This document shows, one piece after another, positions 29,303-41,700 of a DNA stretch of 64,000 nt. The translations under genes were made by a program, and so were the position numbers. The stretch lies in NCBI GenBank assembly GCA_051294375.1, contig CM119263.1, forward strand, positions 31,174,335-31,238,334. The letters are read 5' to 3'. Numbering within the stretch: the stretch's first letter is position 1; the number at the start of each line of letters is the position of its first letter. The notes under the pieces are model-generated. The model was given only the letters and a program-made list of their open reading frames with translations, was not told the origin of the DNA and did not search any database. Source of the DNA: Paraspadella gotoi. Taxonomy: Eukaryota > Animalia > Chaetognatha.

Positions 29303-32300
29303 ATGGGTCACTTGAGACACAGTTCAACACACTTCGTCTCCGCTTTCGCCGCCATTCACGGTTTTTGGGTCAAAGGTCAAAAACTGTGCGACGTAACGAT
29401 CGTCGCCGACAGAGGGAAAACTCGCATCCTCGCGCACAAAGTCGTCCTCGCGGCCGCCTCGACCTTTATGAGGAAGATCTTTCTAGACTCGCCCGCCACA
29501 ACTGTCACGAGTAATCGATGAAAAACATTGGAATAAGCGCTTTATGATAAATATTAACTAATATACTATTGTAATTATGAATCAGTCAGCAACGACATCG
29601 CTCCCGAAGCCCTTCGTCAACTCGTCGCCTTCGCCTATACGGCCAAACTCTTCGTGGACGAGAGAAACGTCGTGTCTCTCCTAAGAGCGACGGAAGCGTT
29701 AGGATTTCCGGAGGCGGAAAAGTTGTGTCTGGAGGCGATCGGAAACCGACTCGACGTTGCCAAGATTGCGGTCTGGAGAAGAGAATTAAAATCTTGTTTG
29801 AAGTTTGAATATTTAAATTTAATCTTTATTCTCAGGATCTGGATTTGAATTGCGTCCTCAAGATTTTAGGAGATAATTCCTTGGAAAGGAAGGGCGCCGG
29901 ATTCCTGCCGCGAATCAGAGGCGGCGGCGGCGGCGGCGGACGGCAATTTGTTCTGCTGCGTCGATTCTCGCCGCTGCCAACAAGTTGCGTCGTTGGTAAG
30001 TTAAGATTTCTTGCTTTCATCTTTCTTGCACAACTGTAGACCTGTGTTGGAGAAACGGTGCCAACATAGGGGGATATCTTGTGCGAGACCATAATGTTAT
30101 GGGATTGTTATAGTGGAGATGTTTTCTGTTTTTTCCACAATTCAGTTCGTAACAACACGATGGCTAATTAATATTAATGCGATCTGTAACGAATGAAATC
30201 ATAATTAATCAAGGCAATGAAATAACAATGAACTGCATTGTTTTTAAACAAATATCGATTGTTTATATTTTTAAATACTTTTACAAAAGGTAAATAAGAT
30301 CGACGGATTACGACGAGAGTTTATGTCCAACAAACATACAAATTAAACAAATTCAATTTAAAAATACTCAATTCTGTACTTATTTCCCTAGAGCCACAAT
30401 TTGATGCCAGTGGACAACGAAAGCCCACTATCATGCTCTCTGGTGAGTGAAAAGTCAATATTTTCTATTCTTTTGGATGCACATCTGTAGACCTGTGTTG
30501 GAGAATCGGTGCCAACATAGGGGGATATCTTGTGCGAGACTAAAATGTTAAGGAATTATTATTGTGGAGACTTTACTTTTCTTGTCTTCATCTAATGTTT
30601 TCCCTAACGACAAGCGACTGGATGCGATTTACCTCGACGAGCGCATGGAGATTTTTTCAATCGTTCTTATCTCGCAGATTCGGTGCCTCAAGTCGGAGCC
30701 AACACCGTCGTTGGTCTTCACATCAACACAGAAGAATCCAGACTTAAGAATCAAAACTCGGAGGTTCGCTCGAATCTTCTTTGAAATTCTCATCTTTAAA
30801 TCTTTTCGATCTCAAAGGATCGCATTTGAATTGAAAAAAAAAGGTCGTTGAGTCGGCCGAGGATGTGGTGACGATTACGGCCGCCGACGAAGCAGCGACT
30901 CTGGAGTCGGAAACGGAGGGCGCTGCGACACTGCAGCCTCCGTCGCAGCCTCCACTCGGCGTTTCGGCTCGTCGCGATATTTCCTCGTTTCCTCAATCGA
31001 AAGACAAATCCGAATTCGAACATAAAGTGAGGATGTTGCAAGAGTACGAAGAGAAACTGTCCCCATCGGGCAGAGCATCCATGGACGCTTGGCAGAAAGA
31101 ACCGCTTAAAAGGTCACTTCATTGACTTTTTAAATAAAATAAAATCTGTGTATGAAGTAAGGCGTACTAAGATTAGTTATTACATACTATCTCATTCTTT
31201 CAGGCAAAACATCGTTTGCGCTTATTGCGAATCCTCATGTTCTGGAGTCTTTAACGACTTTATGGAGCACATCTGGAACTTCCACGAAGCGGGGGAACAA
31301 GAACAAAGCAAACGTAAAGAACGAATAGAACAAGAACAACCCGCGTCTAATGAGAGAACAAGAATCGTTAAGTCGACGAACGAAAACCCGGAAGCGAAAA
31401 TGACAAAAATGTGTCCGCAGAAAAAAGTTTGCCGTCAATGTGGCCACAAATTCCGTCGAACGTACAACTTGAGAATGCACATCAAGTATATTCACGAGGG
31501 TCACACGCTAACCTGCGAAGAGTGCGGTCGAACTAACTTCGCCACCAAGAAAACTTTGCGCGATCACCTGGAAAACGTTCACACTCTCGCCGAACCACGA
31601 AAGTGTCCTCAGTGCAACAAGTTCTTCAAGAACGGGCGGACCCTCAAGGCACACTCTCGCTGCACCCACGAAAAACTCAGATTTGCGTGCGAATCGTGCG
31701 GCGAAGGATTCGCCTCTCGCGCACGACTCGATGCGCACGTGAATCGCGTGCACCTCGGACTTAAAGAACCGCCGAAGCCGTGCGCTCTCTGTGGAAAGCT
31801 GTACACCAAGCAGGCGATGCGAACTCACCGACGACGAGATCACGAGGGACTGCGGTTCGCCTGCTCGGCCTGCCCCGCCACCGCGGCCTTCTCTACCCAC
31901 GCCGCCTTGGTCAGGCATCGCGAAGTCTTTCACCAAAAGAGACGATTTCGTTGCACGATCTGTCAAGCGGAATTCGCCGATCGATCTACATGGAAATCTC
32001 ATCACGAATCGGAGCACATGGGAAAACGTTATCCTTGCAAACTCTGTGACAAACTCTTTAAACGTTTAGGTACGTTACTATTTGTTGGGGATTCGGCGAT
32101 TTTTAGTCTGATCTGCTGATAATATAATTCACTTTGTCGGTCCGTCGGTCCGCCCCCTCAATCTTGTCGGGCATTCGCATATATTATATATATTATGTCA
32201 GAACATATAATTATGATAAATTATGCAAAAATAAAACGATGTTCGATTGTTCGTCCGTCTGTCTGTCTGTCCGTCCGTCCCACCTTAGCAAAAAACTCCA

Positions 32301-33958
32301 ATTACTCGTGATTGAATGGATGGATTGGAATGAAATTTTGTGTGTGGGTAGGGAAATGTTTGAATGAGTTAGATATGAAGTTTCGATGGAATCGTGCGAG
32401 TGGAAAAGTGTAAATAGAAAAAACAAAAAAATATATTTCACTATTTGAACGCCAATTACTCATTATGACAATTGACCAAATTATGACAATTGACCAAATT
32501 ATGACAATTGACCAAATTATGACAATTGACCAAATTATGACAATTGACCAAATTATGCAAGTTGACCAAATTATGCAAGTTGACCAATTATGCAAGTTGA
32601 CAATTGACAAGTTGACCAAATTATGCAGTTGACCAATAGTTGAATGCAATTGACCAAATTATGCAGTTGACCAAATTATGCAAGTTGACCAAATTATGCA
32701 AGTTGACCAAATTATGCAAGTTGACCAATATCATGACAAATTATGCAAGTTGACAATTGCATTGACAATTATGCAAGTTGCCAAATTATGCAAGTTGACC
32801 AAATTATGCAAGTTGACCAAATTATGCAAGTTGACCAAATTATGCAAGTTGACCAAATTATGCAAGTTGACCAAATTATGCAAGTTGACCAAATTATGCA
32901 AGTTGACCAAAATTATGCAAGTTGACCAAATTATGCAAGTTGACCAAATTATGCAAGTTGACCAAATTATGCAAGTTGACCAAATTATGCAAGTTGACCA
33001 AATTATGCAAGTTGACCAAATTATGCAAGTTGAAACAAATTATGCAAGTTGACCAAATATGCAAGTTGACCAAATTATGCAATGTTGACCAAATTATGCA
33101 AGTTGACCAATATAGTTGCAATGTTGACCAAATATGCAAGTTGACCAAATTATGCAAGTTGACCAAATTATGCAAGTTGACCAATTATGCAAGTTGACCA
33201 AATTATGCAAGTTGACAATTATGCAAGTTTGACCAATTATGCAAGTTGACCAAATTATGCAAGTTGATTCAATTATGGAAATGTTGATTCAATTATGAAA
33301 GTTGATTCAATTATGAAAGTTGATTCAATTATGAAAGTTGATTCAATTATGAAAGTTATTCAATTATGAAAGTTGATTCAATTATGAAAGTTGATTCAAT
33401 TATGAAAGTTGATTCAATTATGAAAGTTTGATTCAATTATGAAGTTGACTCATTGATGAAAGTTGACTCAATTATGAAAGTAAGTATTGGCACAGCTACT
33501 GGTAATGAATAATAGATAAATTGATTTATAGATTTTTTCATAGATTTATTAAGAAGTCTGTTATGATTTGTTATAATCACAAATTGAGAGTCAGAAAAAT
33601 TACCATGATTTATCATCGGATTAGCTTAGATCCGACATTGTTTGCTCAAACTTGTTAATTGACAAATGACATATAACGATTCGATTCTCACAAAGGTGAC
33701 CTTCCCCGCCACATGAAGGAAGTTCATCAAGGGAGACGCTATCAATGTCAGTTTTGTGATAAAAATTTTTCTCAAGAATATAAGCTCAAGCTTCACATCA
33801 AATCGTGTCACTACGGGCGATTTCCTCACAACTGCTCTTCCTGTTCTAAGGGCTTTCTTCGTCCGGGTGCCTTGAAAGATCACATGATTAAGAAGCATCA
33901 AATGGTCGTCGAAACTAAAAAGAGAGAGAATCTCATTATATTAAAAAAAGCAGGGTAA
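29303..33958 (+). CDS. BTB/POZ + C2H2 zinc-finger protein (ZBTB-like)
   Basis: BTB motif LCDVTIV..ILAHKVVLAAASTFMRKIF..LRQLVAFAYTAKL; about 11 C2H2 fingers in exons 31204-32069 and 33696-33958; one finger (CKLCDKLFKRL|GDLPRHMKEVH) is split by the satellite-bearing intron. Confidence 0.85.
30034..30570. repeat. ~85-bp direct repeat in two consecutive introns (30034-30120 and 30485-30570)
   Basis: CTGTAGACCTGTGTTGGAGAA(A/T)CGGTGCCAACATAGGGGGATATCTTGTGCGAGAC occurs twice; it contains a TGTTGG/CCAACA hairpin. Confidence 0.85.
32134..33480. mobile_element. DINE-1/Helentron-like non-autonomous element carrying an internal tandem array
   Basis: GTCY microsatellite (GTCCGTCTGTCTGTCTGTCCGTCCGTCC, ~32252-32280), then a GGAATGAAATTTTG core-like block and a tandem array; this layout is typical of DINE-1/HINE/pearl elements. 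Termini are not resolved. Confidence 0.5.
32463..33480. repeat. 18-bp tandem satellite (~1 kb) with three ordered unit variants
   Basis: Units TTATGACAATTGACCAAA, then TTATGCAAGTTGACCAAA (majority), then TTATGAAAGTTGATTCAA; no unique spacers. Confidence 0.97.
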
Positions 33959-34395
33959 TCTTTATTTATTATTTATTAAACCGCGTTTTCGCTTAATTTA
34001 ATTTTTACCTCTCGAGTTTCTGGAATCAGTTGTTATTAGTTTATACTTTTTAGTTTATAGCGCTATTTGTATCATAAGCTATTTACCAGTCTATTACAAT
34101 TTTATATTCATTTTTCTTTCCTAAAGAATCCTTTTCTCCATATATGTCCACTTTTAGGTAGCTAAGTGACTCTAGGATGCTCAAGCGAGGAAAGTTGCCA
34201 AACTAGTTCCGTTTATGTCTAATCAGAGCTCGACTCACTCACTTCGCCTCAACTCACTTTCCTTTTTCGTTCTCTCGTTGATGAGACTAAGAACGGGAGA
34301 CAAAAGGCGACATTTCGCATCAGAATGACAGATTTTGGCGACGCGACTAACGCTCGAGTTCTTCCGTCCTCTTAAGACTAAACCTTTCGTCGAGA

Positions 34396-37300
34396 ATGGC
34401 GTCGCGAGGAGCGAACGCCTTCCTCGGGGCGCTTCCATCCGCGGGACTGCGTGCGGCGCGACAGCGCAGTGCCGCCTCTGCCATTCTCGAGAATAATAGA
34501 TCTTTTGTTTACAATTATATTAGGTATGTGGGGAGAATTTTTAAGTATCCCGTCCTCGGCGTTATCTGCTACCGAAAGGGGAAAACCGTAAGATTTATTA
34601 AGAAATCATTTTTGCGTCGACTTTCGTCAGGCGCGCATCGACTAGTCACGTTTTATTTCGGCGAGACGTTTTTCCGACTGAGTTGGCGGCGGCCGGCCAA
34701 AGATTAATCGACCTTCGATTCGCTCGTTGCTTCCACACGAGCCGGCCGAATTTCCTGCCTCATCACTTTAAGATCGCCCTTCCCGCGCTGAGGTGGGTCG
34801 CGTTATTCTCTTATCTAGACGTCCACTTCCGCTTAACTATCCCTTAACCTACTTTTTTAGTCCTACCATGGAGATGGGGACCCTGGTCAGTTGGGCTAAA
34901 GCGGAAGGGGATGAGCTGGCCGAGGGTGACTTGCTCGCGGAAATCGAGACCGACAAGGCGACCATGGGATTCGAAACCCCCGAAGAGGGATATTTGGCAA
35001 AGATTTTGATCCCGGCGGGAACCAAGGACATCCCGTTAGGCAAAGTAGGCGCCATTTTATTATTTCTTGCTTTTTTAAACTATTAATTATCTCTTATTTT
35101 TCTCAGTTACTATGCATAATAGTTGAGAACGAGTCGGACATAGCGGCTTTTAAAGATTACACTGGAGACGATGCAGCTTCGGCGCCTGCTGCGGCTCCTG
35201 CCCCTGCCAAAGCACCTGCGGCAGCGCCGGCAGCTCCTGCTCCAGCGGCCCCTAAAGTGAGTCTTGCCCCTAAGGCTGGTGGAGCACCCACGCCATCTGC
35301 CGGCGGTCGCGTGTTTGCAACTCCATTCGCAAAAGCGTTGGCAGCGGAAAAAGGAATTGACATTTCTGTAAGTTGACCATTGACCAAGCCATTAGTGTAT
35401 ATTTATAATGTAAATTATAATTACATATAAATATATAATTATTATTTAAATTGCAATTGAGTTTTATTTTTTAACAGACACTTTCGGGTTCGGGACCCGA
35501 TGGTCAAATTCGCGCTGCTGATATTCAGCAGGCCCCAGCTGCAGCGCCAGGCGCCATTGCTCCAGTTGGTGCTCCAGCGGCCGTTCCAGCCCCAGGACCT
35601 GGTGCACAATATATTGATATTCCTTTGAGTAATATTAGACAAGTAAGCTTTTACTTATTCTCCTTATCTTGGAGAATACTCGCTTAAATAATTCTATCTA
35701 TTTACAAGGTCATTGCAAAGCGACTTTTGCAGTCAAAAACCACAATACCACACTATTACTTGTCGGTAGAAGTAGAAATGGATGACGTGTTAGCAATTCG
35801 AAAAGAGTTAAACTCCTCACTCGGAGAAGGTACGAAATTTGGGTAACTATCAATTTTCTGCTTTAACTCATTGCTTTTAATATTTCTACGTATGTTTTTA
35901 TCGTCGCAGTCGCTTTGCGTTTGCGACGATATTGCTGTGGTTTTGCACATAAGTGGCGTCGTCGTTGTCGTCGTCGGCTTCTTTATGAATAAATTTGGGT
36001 GTATGAAGCTGAAAATTTATATACAGCTTCTCATCATCGATGTGCTTAAAATTGAGTGAGGACAGTTATTAAATATGTTTTGTTTATGTTTTATCAAGAT
36101 CTGATTTGATTTGATTTTTCTTTTAATTATATGTTTCTCTCCCTCTCTCTTTTCCCTAGTCACTGATTCATAGGGAAAAAACGAGTCTGCAGCTGGCTCT
36201 GCAGGGGCTTATTCTTTTTCTCTCCTTTCTCCTGCTGCTTCTGCTGCTGCCTTTTGATTTCTTTCTTTTTATCGTCGCAATCCTAAGCGTTTGCGATGAT
36301 ATTGTAACACTTTTGCGCATAAGTGGCGTAGTCGTCGTCGGCGTTCCAAATTATAGATCGCCTTTTTTATGATTAAATATAGGTTTATGAAGCTGAAAAT
36401 TTATATACAGCTTTTCATAATCCATGTGCTTAAAATTAAGTCTGGACAGTTATTAAATATGTTTTGTTTACGTTTTATCAAAACAAATAAATTTTCTCTC
36501 TTTTATTTTCATATTTCTCTCTCTCTTTTCTTTTAATTACATTTCTCTCCCTCTCTTTTCCCTATTCACTGATTCATAATCATAAGGAAAAAAAACGAGT
36601 CTGCAGCTGGCTCTGCAGGGGCTTATTCTTTTTCTCTATTTTCTCCTGCTGCTTTTGCTGCTGCCTTTTGAGTCTGCAGCTGGCTCTGCAGGGGCTCTCT
36701 CTTTTTCTCTCTTTTCTCCTGCTGCTTCTGCTGCTGCCATTTGATTTCTTTCTTTTCTCTTTCTCTCTCTCTCTCTCGATATCTCTCTGTGTTTTTATTA
36801 AAAAAAAATTTTGAATTGGGATTGAACTCGTAAAATTAGGCATCGCATTCGTGCATGTTATCATTTTGCTATAGTAACATCGGGTTTTTATTTCACTTTA
36901 GTCTTTACTTCACTTTGTCAGTCTGATTCAAGTTTCACTTTGTCTTTTGTTTGGGAATGCTGACAGTGTTTAGAGAGGTTGCATTCGATCAAACTGCTCT
37001 CTTATGCGTGCTTAAAGTAAAACAAAAGTACCTTCAATAATGTTACTCCAGTCTTAGCACTTGCTAAAAATTAAACTCGAAAATAAGTTATTTTATTGTT
37101 TTATATTTATTCTTTTGACAATGAAGAATTTTTTTTTTTTTCAGAAACTGTAACTGTAAATTGACAATCGCAAAATAGAATTTTTCTTAGTATCAAAATT
37201 TGTTGTTAATCCAGATTTTTCTTATGCGATTGCGACGATCCTTATACTTTAAAAATTGTTTAAAATAGGAGGACCAAAGTTGTCTGTCAACGATTTTATT

Positions 37301-37936
37301 CTAAAAGCCTCGGCGTTGGCTTGCATGAGAGTCCCCGAATGCAACTCGAGTTGGCAAGACACTTATGTTCGCCAGTTCAATTCGTGTGACGTGTCTGTTG
37401 CCGTAGCAACTGAAAATGGACTCATCACTCCAATTGTGTTTGGAGCAGACGGCAAGGTTATTATTTCACATAAAAATTAATCTCTTATTCAAAATAAATA
37501 TGACAAAGTGTTCTTAGGGTCTCACAACCATCAACTCTGAGGTTTCGTCATTGGCAGCGAAGGCTCGGGAAGGAAAACTTCAGCCCCACGAGTTTCAAGG
37601 CGGAACTTTCACCGTTTCCAATTTAGGGATGTTTGGAATCAAGAGCTTTAGCGCCATCATTAATCCTCCACAAGTTAGTTTTGTCTACTACTAGAAATTG
37701 AGCTAGCTTTTTGTTTGATATTAAAAATGAATTTTAAGGCTTGTATCTTGGCCGTGGGAGGCGCGGAGCGTCAACTTGTTCCCGCGGGGACGGATTCTGG
37801 GTCGAACTGGCGGACAGCTCATGTGATGTCGGTGACTCTCTCCTGTGACCATCGTGTCGTCGATGGCGCCGTGGGAGCACAGTGGTTGAAGGAGTTCAAA
37901 CAATATTTGGAGAAACCAACTACGATGTTGTTATGA
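34396..37936 (+). CDS. DLAT: Dihydrolipoamide acetyltransferase (PDH E2), single lipoyl domain
   Basis: Presequence; lipoyl domain [36 protein letters not shown]; Ala/Pro linker; E3-binding [18 protein letters not shown]; catalytic domain [43 protein letters not shown]. Confidence 0.96.
35900..37252. mobile_element. DINE-1/pearl(Helentron)-like MITE family, composite copy in a DLAT intron
   Basis: 5' subterminal repeat ATCGTCGCA(A/G)TCGC forming a local hairpin (second start at 36271), (GTC)n microsatellite, conserved core (TTTGGGTGTATGAAGCTGAAAATTTATATACAG), 3' inverted copy GCGATTGCGACGAT at 37226-37239; T-rich flanks. Confidence 0.75.
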
Positions 37937-38793
37937 AGGAACTGAATCATGGAGTGCCGTATTCTTTTTTTAATTTAACAGTGTCGATATTCTTATTACA
38001 AAAGCGAACAATATTTAGCAGATCAATTTTGATACCACTTATCCCCTTTAGATCTCATCGCAACGCTCTGGATGAAAGTCAACTCTCGTTTTTACAGAGA
38101 TTTTCTTTTGTATCTAGGTTATTCATTTTCATCCTAAAGTTTACTGTGCTGGTAACACATTTTAATATTTTGCATGTATATTATATATACATAGATTCCT
38201 CGATAAGTGGTGAGAAAAAAAGAAGAACTTTAAAATTTATGTATTGTATTTATTTTTTGAGAAGTTAAACTATTTCAAAGTAGGGCTAGTGTGGCGGCCC
38301 AAGCGAGTACGTGAAGGAAGTTTTGTTGTGTGCCTTCATTTCATTAGTCTCTTCAGTCATCAATCATTTCTTCTTTGGCAGACTCATTGACCGGAATAAA
38401 ACTTTAGATACATTTAAAAAGCTATTTGATAAAACCACGGATTATTTTTTTTCCCGTTGTGACTAGTCACGCTGCTAAATGTACAAATTGGAGCTTCTAT
38501 AAATAATCGAACACGAGGCGATTTCTATTTATTATTCGTTTCTTGTGTTCATTTTAACTTTCTTCGCCAGACGGATGCTCTACATGATTTTGTAGGACTT
38601 TTTTTTAATTTGGCCGAAAATTTGTCAAGTTTTTAAAAACGCTTTGATTTCTAATTAAATCTCATCATGCGCAATGAAGAATTGAATGCTCGGTAATTTT
38701 CGGTAAAATTGCATTAAAAAGAAAAAACTGACTGTCCTTTGCTTCTCGCGGTTTTTTATTTTTATCGCGCCGCCGATTTATTCACGAATCAAA

Positions 38794-41700
38794 ATGAGCG
38801 CCAACGAGGAATCGGGCAACGATTCACAGGTAAGATTTTTCCCTCATATTTTATTTTTACGTCACGTCTCAGAATCACCAGTCAAAGAATCTGGATTGTT
38901 TTCTTTTTTTTTAATCGATGTCATTAGTTGTTTAATTAGTTCATCATTCATGTCGTCACATGAACCAATGAGACTATCTTGATCCTTCGCATAACGTATT
39001 AAACTTTGGCACCGCGATAGTCAGCAATTGTGGTTAATTGGTTAACGAGAATTTTTTGTCAGGCGGCAGATGCAATGATTCTTGAGCTGGAGGCTCTGAT
39101 GGCCGACGTTGACAAAGCGCAGAAGAACATCGATAGTAGGAAGGAAGGTTATCGGCAGAAGGAAACTGACCTCGCGGTGAGACAACAGCGAGGCTAATTA
39201 CTTTATACTGCTTCGACCTCATGCGATATGCATACTGGCATCTGAACTTTGTGTGGCGCTATTGCTTTATTAATACCTTCATTATAACGCCCTTAGCTAA
39301 GTTGCATTTAAAAAATGTATTGCTTTCCATTTCCTTAACCTTTTCAACTTTGAACTCTAATTAATCTTTTCTGCTTATAATTTTGTAGTCGCATTGAAAC
39401 TTGGCTCAATAAGAAGCTTTTTTATCTGTCAGCCCGTAGTTTGTCTGTCAAAAAAATCAATAGTTTTATTAAAATAAAAAAAAATGTCACATACGTTTTC
39501 GATTTCGAATAAGAAAAAGAAAAAGAAGGAAAAGGAAAATAAGGAGCAGCTCAAAAAAATAATAATAAAAAAAATGGTTTATGATTGAGCCAAAGTTAAA
39601 AATGGGAGAGATGTGACTGAAAACTGGATTTGTTTTTTATCCCTTTTATTCTCTCTTTTTTCTTCCTTTTTTCATCCTCCTCCTCCTCCTGGGCCTATTA
39701 GTCTCTCCTTTTAGTCCTCTTTCGATAGTAATAAAATTTTGGAAGATGGGAGTCTGAATGCCAACCTTCCAATATCCCTATCATTTTATCTGTGTGAATA
39801 TCTCTTGGCTGTTCCTCACATTACTTGGATTCAATTGTATACATAGATTCATTCCTCTCTCAAAGTTCATTTTCGAATTTCAAAGTTTCTTTTCTCACAA
39901 CGCAAGATGACGGAGGATAACGGCGCTGGGGAGTGTCCCATCGAGATGTCGCCCCCGGCGGTGGAGGAAGAGGAGGAGGAGGAGGAGGGGAAGCGAGACC
40001 CCGAGTCGATCTTCCGCGAGTTGGAGGGCCTCACCTCAATGATGGACTCTGTCACTCAATCTCTAATCAGCGCGAGAGACGGGACGACGGATTGCGGCGG
40101 CGGAGAGGAAGGAGCTCATTGTGTCGCGGGTAAGAGAATCGATTTTCATTGCGCTTCGTTTTAATATTTTGTTTTGTTTTAGTTATTTTTGTTTTAGTTA
40201 TTTTTGTTGAGATCAGTCCTTTACGACGGAATCGATTATATTTCCATCGCCTTTTTTTTCGCCCGCAAATGTCCCATTTGTACACTCTAATCTCGCTCAC
40301 TCGCACGCAATTGACACGCGATTCAATTCCTTTCGTCCGAACGATCTCATCTCCCATCGACGTCCAAAGGCTCGTCCGTGCCTAACGCCACTTCTCTCAC
40401 CGCCGACTCTTCTTTGGCTTCTTTTCTCGAAGCCTTTGAAGGAGTCGTCGGGAGTTCTCCGTTGAACGTTCCTCCTCCGGCCAAGATAGAAGAGTTGACT
40501 CTGTCTCACGACTTAAAACCGATTATTTCATCTCCCGAAGTCGATTCCACTCCAACTCCTGCTCCCGAGGTCGTCGCTGCATCTTCCGCTCCTGAGGTCG
40601 TCGCTCCATCTTCCGCTATTGAAGCTAAGGAGTCCGTCACCACCGGCTCTCCCAGTATTAATTTCTTCTCTTATTTTCACGCGTTCGTTTTTTAAACTTG
40701 CACCGAATCGCATCGCATTTTCACGATTCGCATCGGGATTTTCTTTCCTTTTTATCATCGACAACCAATATAAAAATTATCCAATATCCATTCAGATAAT
40801 AAGCTCAAAAATGCTTGCACCTGACTTTGGACAGGCTTTGGTGGTTTTAGGCCTCCATCACTCTTAAAATATAATTACATGGCAGGTCCTTGCAAGCTTT
40901 CAATCCAAACTCTCTCACAGTTTCGTTTATTCACTCTCAGAGTACCTGGTTTCCCCATCAATAAAGTGGCATAATATTTCAAAGAATGTTTCAATATTAT
41001 GAAAAGACCAATTCTTTTTTATTCAATTTTTTCTGCCAGACGACGGAGATTCACTTCCCCTGACGACCTCCTTCATGACATCCTCCGGCGCTCTCCCTCC
41101 CGGCGCCACCGCCGTCGACTTCAATCCCCTCGCCGGGTCCGCCGCCGCCTCCCTCACAGTATCTCAGGTACTTAAGACGAGTCATTATAAGATTTTATAA
41201 AATTATTACAACCAATATAAAAATTATCCATTCTTCCGATAAATAAGCTCTCTCTTGCCCCCGACTTTGAACAGGCTTTGGTGGGTTGAATATTACAATT
41301 TGATCGGGGAATTCTGTATTGTACTCCGCACTTGCATCAAAATACATGGAGCTGACTTACATGAATTTAGAAAATGGGGAAAAAGAGAGGGAAGAAAAGA
41401 GAGATAAAAAAAAGAAACCTACCTACCTATTCTCCTATCTCTCAGATGTCCAACGAAGGACTGGCTTCCTCCGTCGAAGGGTTAAACATCTCGCAAATAT
41501 CTAACGAAGGGATGGCGACGTCGGCGGTCATCGATTCCGTTGAAATCCCCGTCGAAATCCCTTTCAAGTGAGGAATTGCTGCGTCTCTGTCACCGTTTGA
41601 GATTTAGTTTTGGGCGAAAGCTTCTTCTGAGACTTAACGACGCTTCTTAAACTTTTAATTGCAGCGAATCTCCAAAAGAATCGGAAGCGCCTTCTGAATT

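Noticed and set aside
32463-33480. CRISPR-like array or repeat-protein ORFs (MQVDQI / LCKLTK repeats)
   Set aside because: The units abut with no unique spacers, there are no cas genes, and the context is a eukaryotic intron; the ORFs are by-products of an 18-bp stop-free unit.
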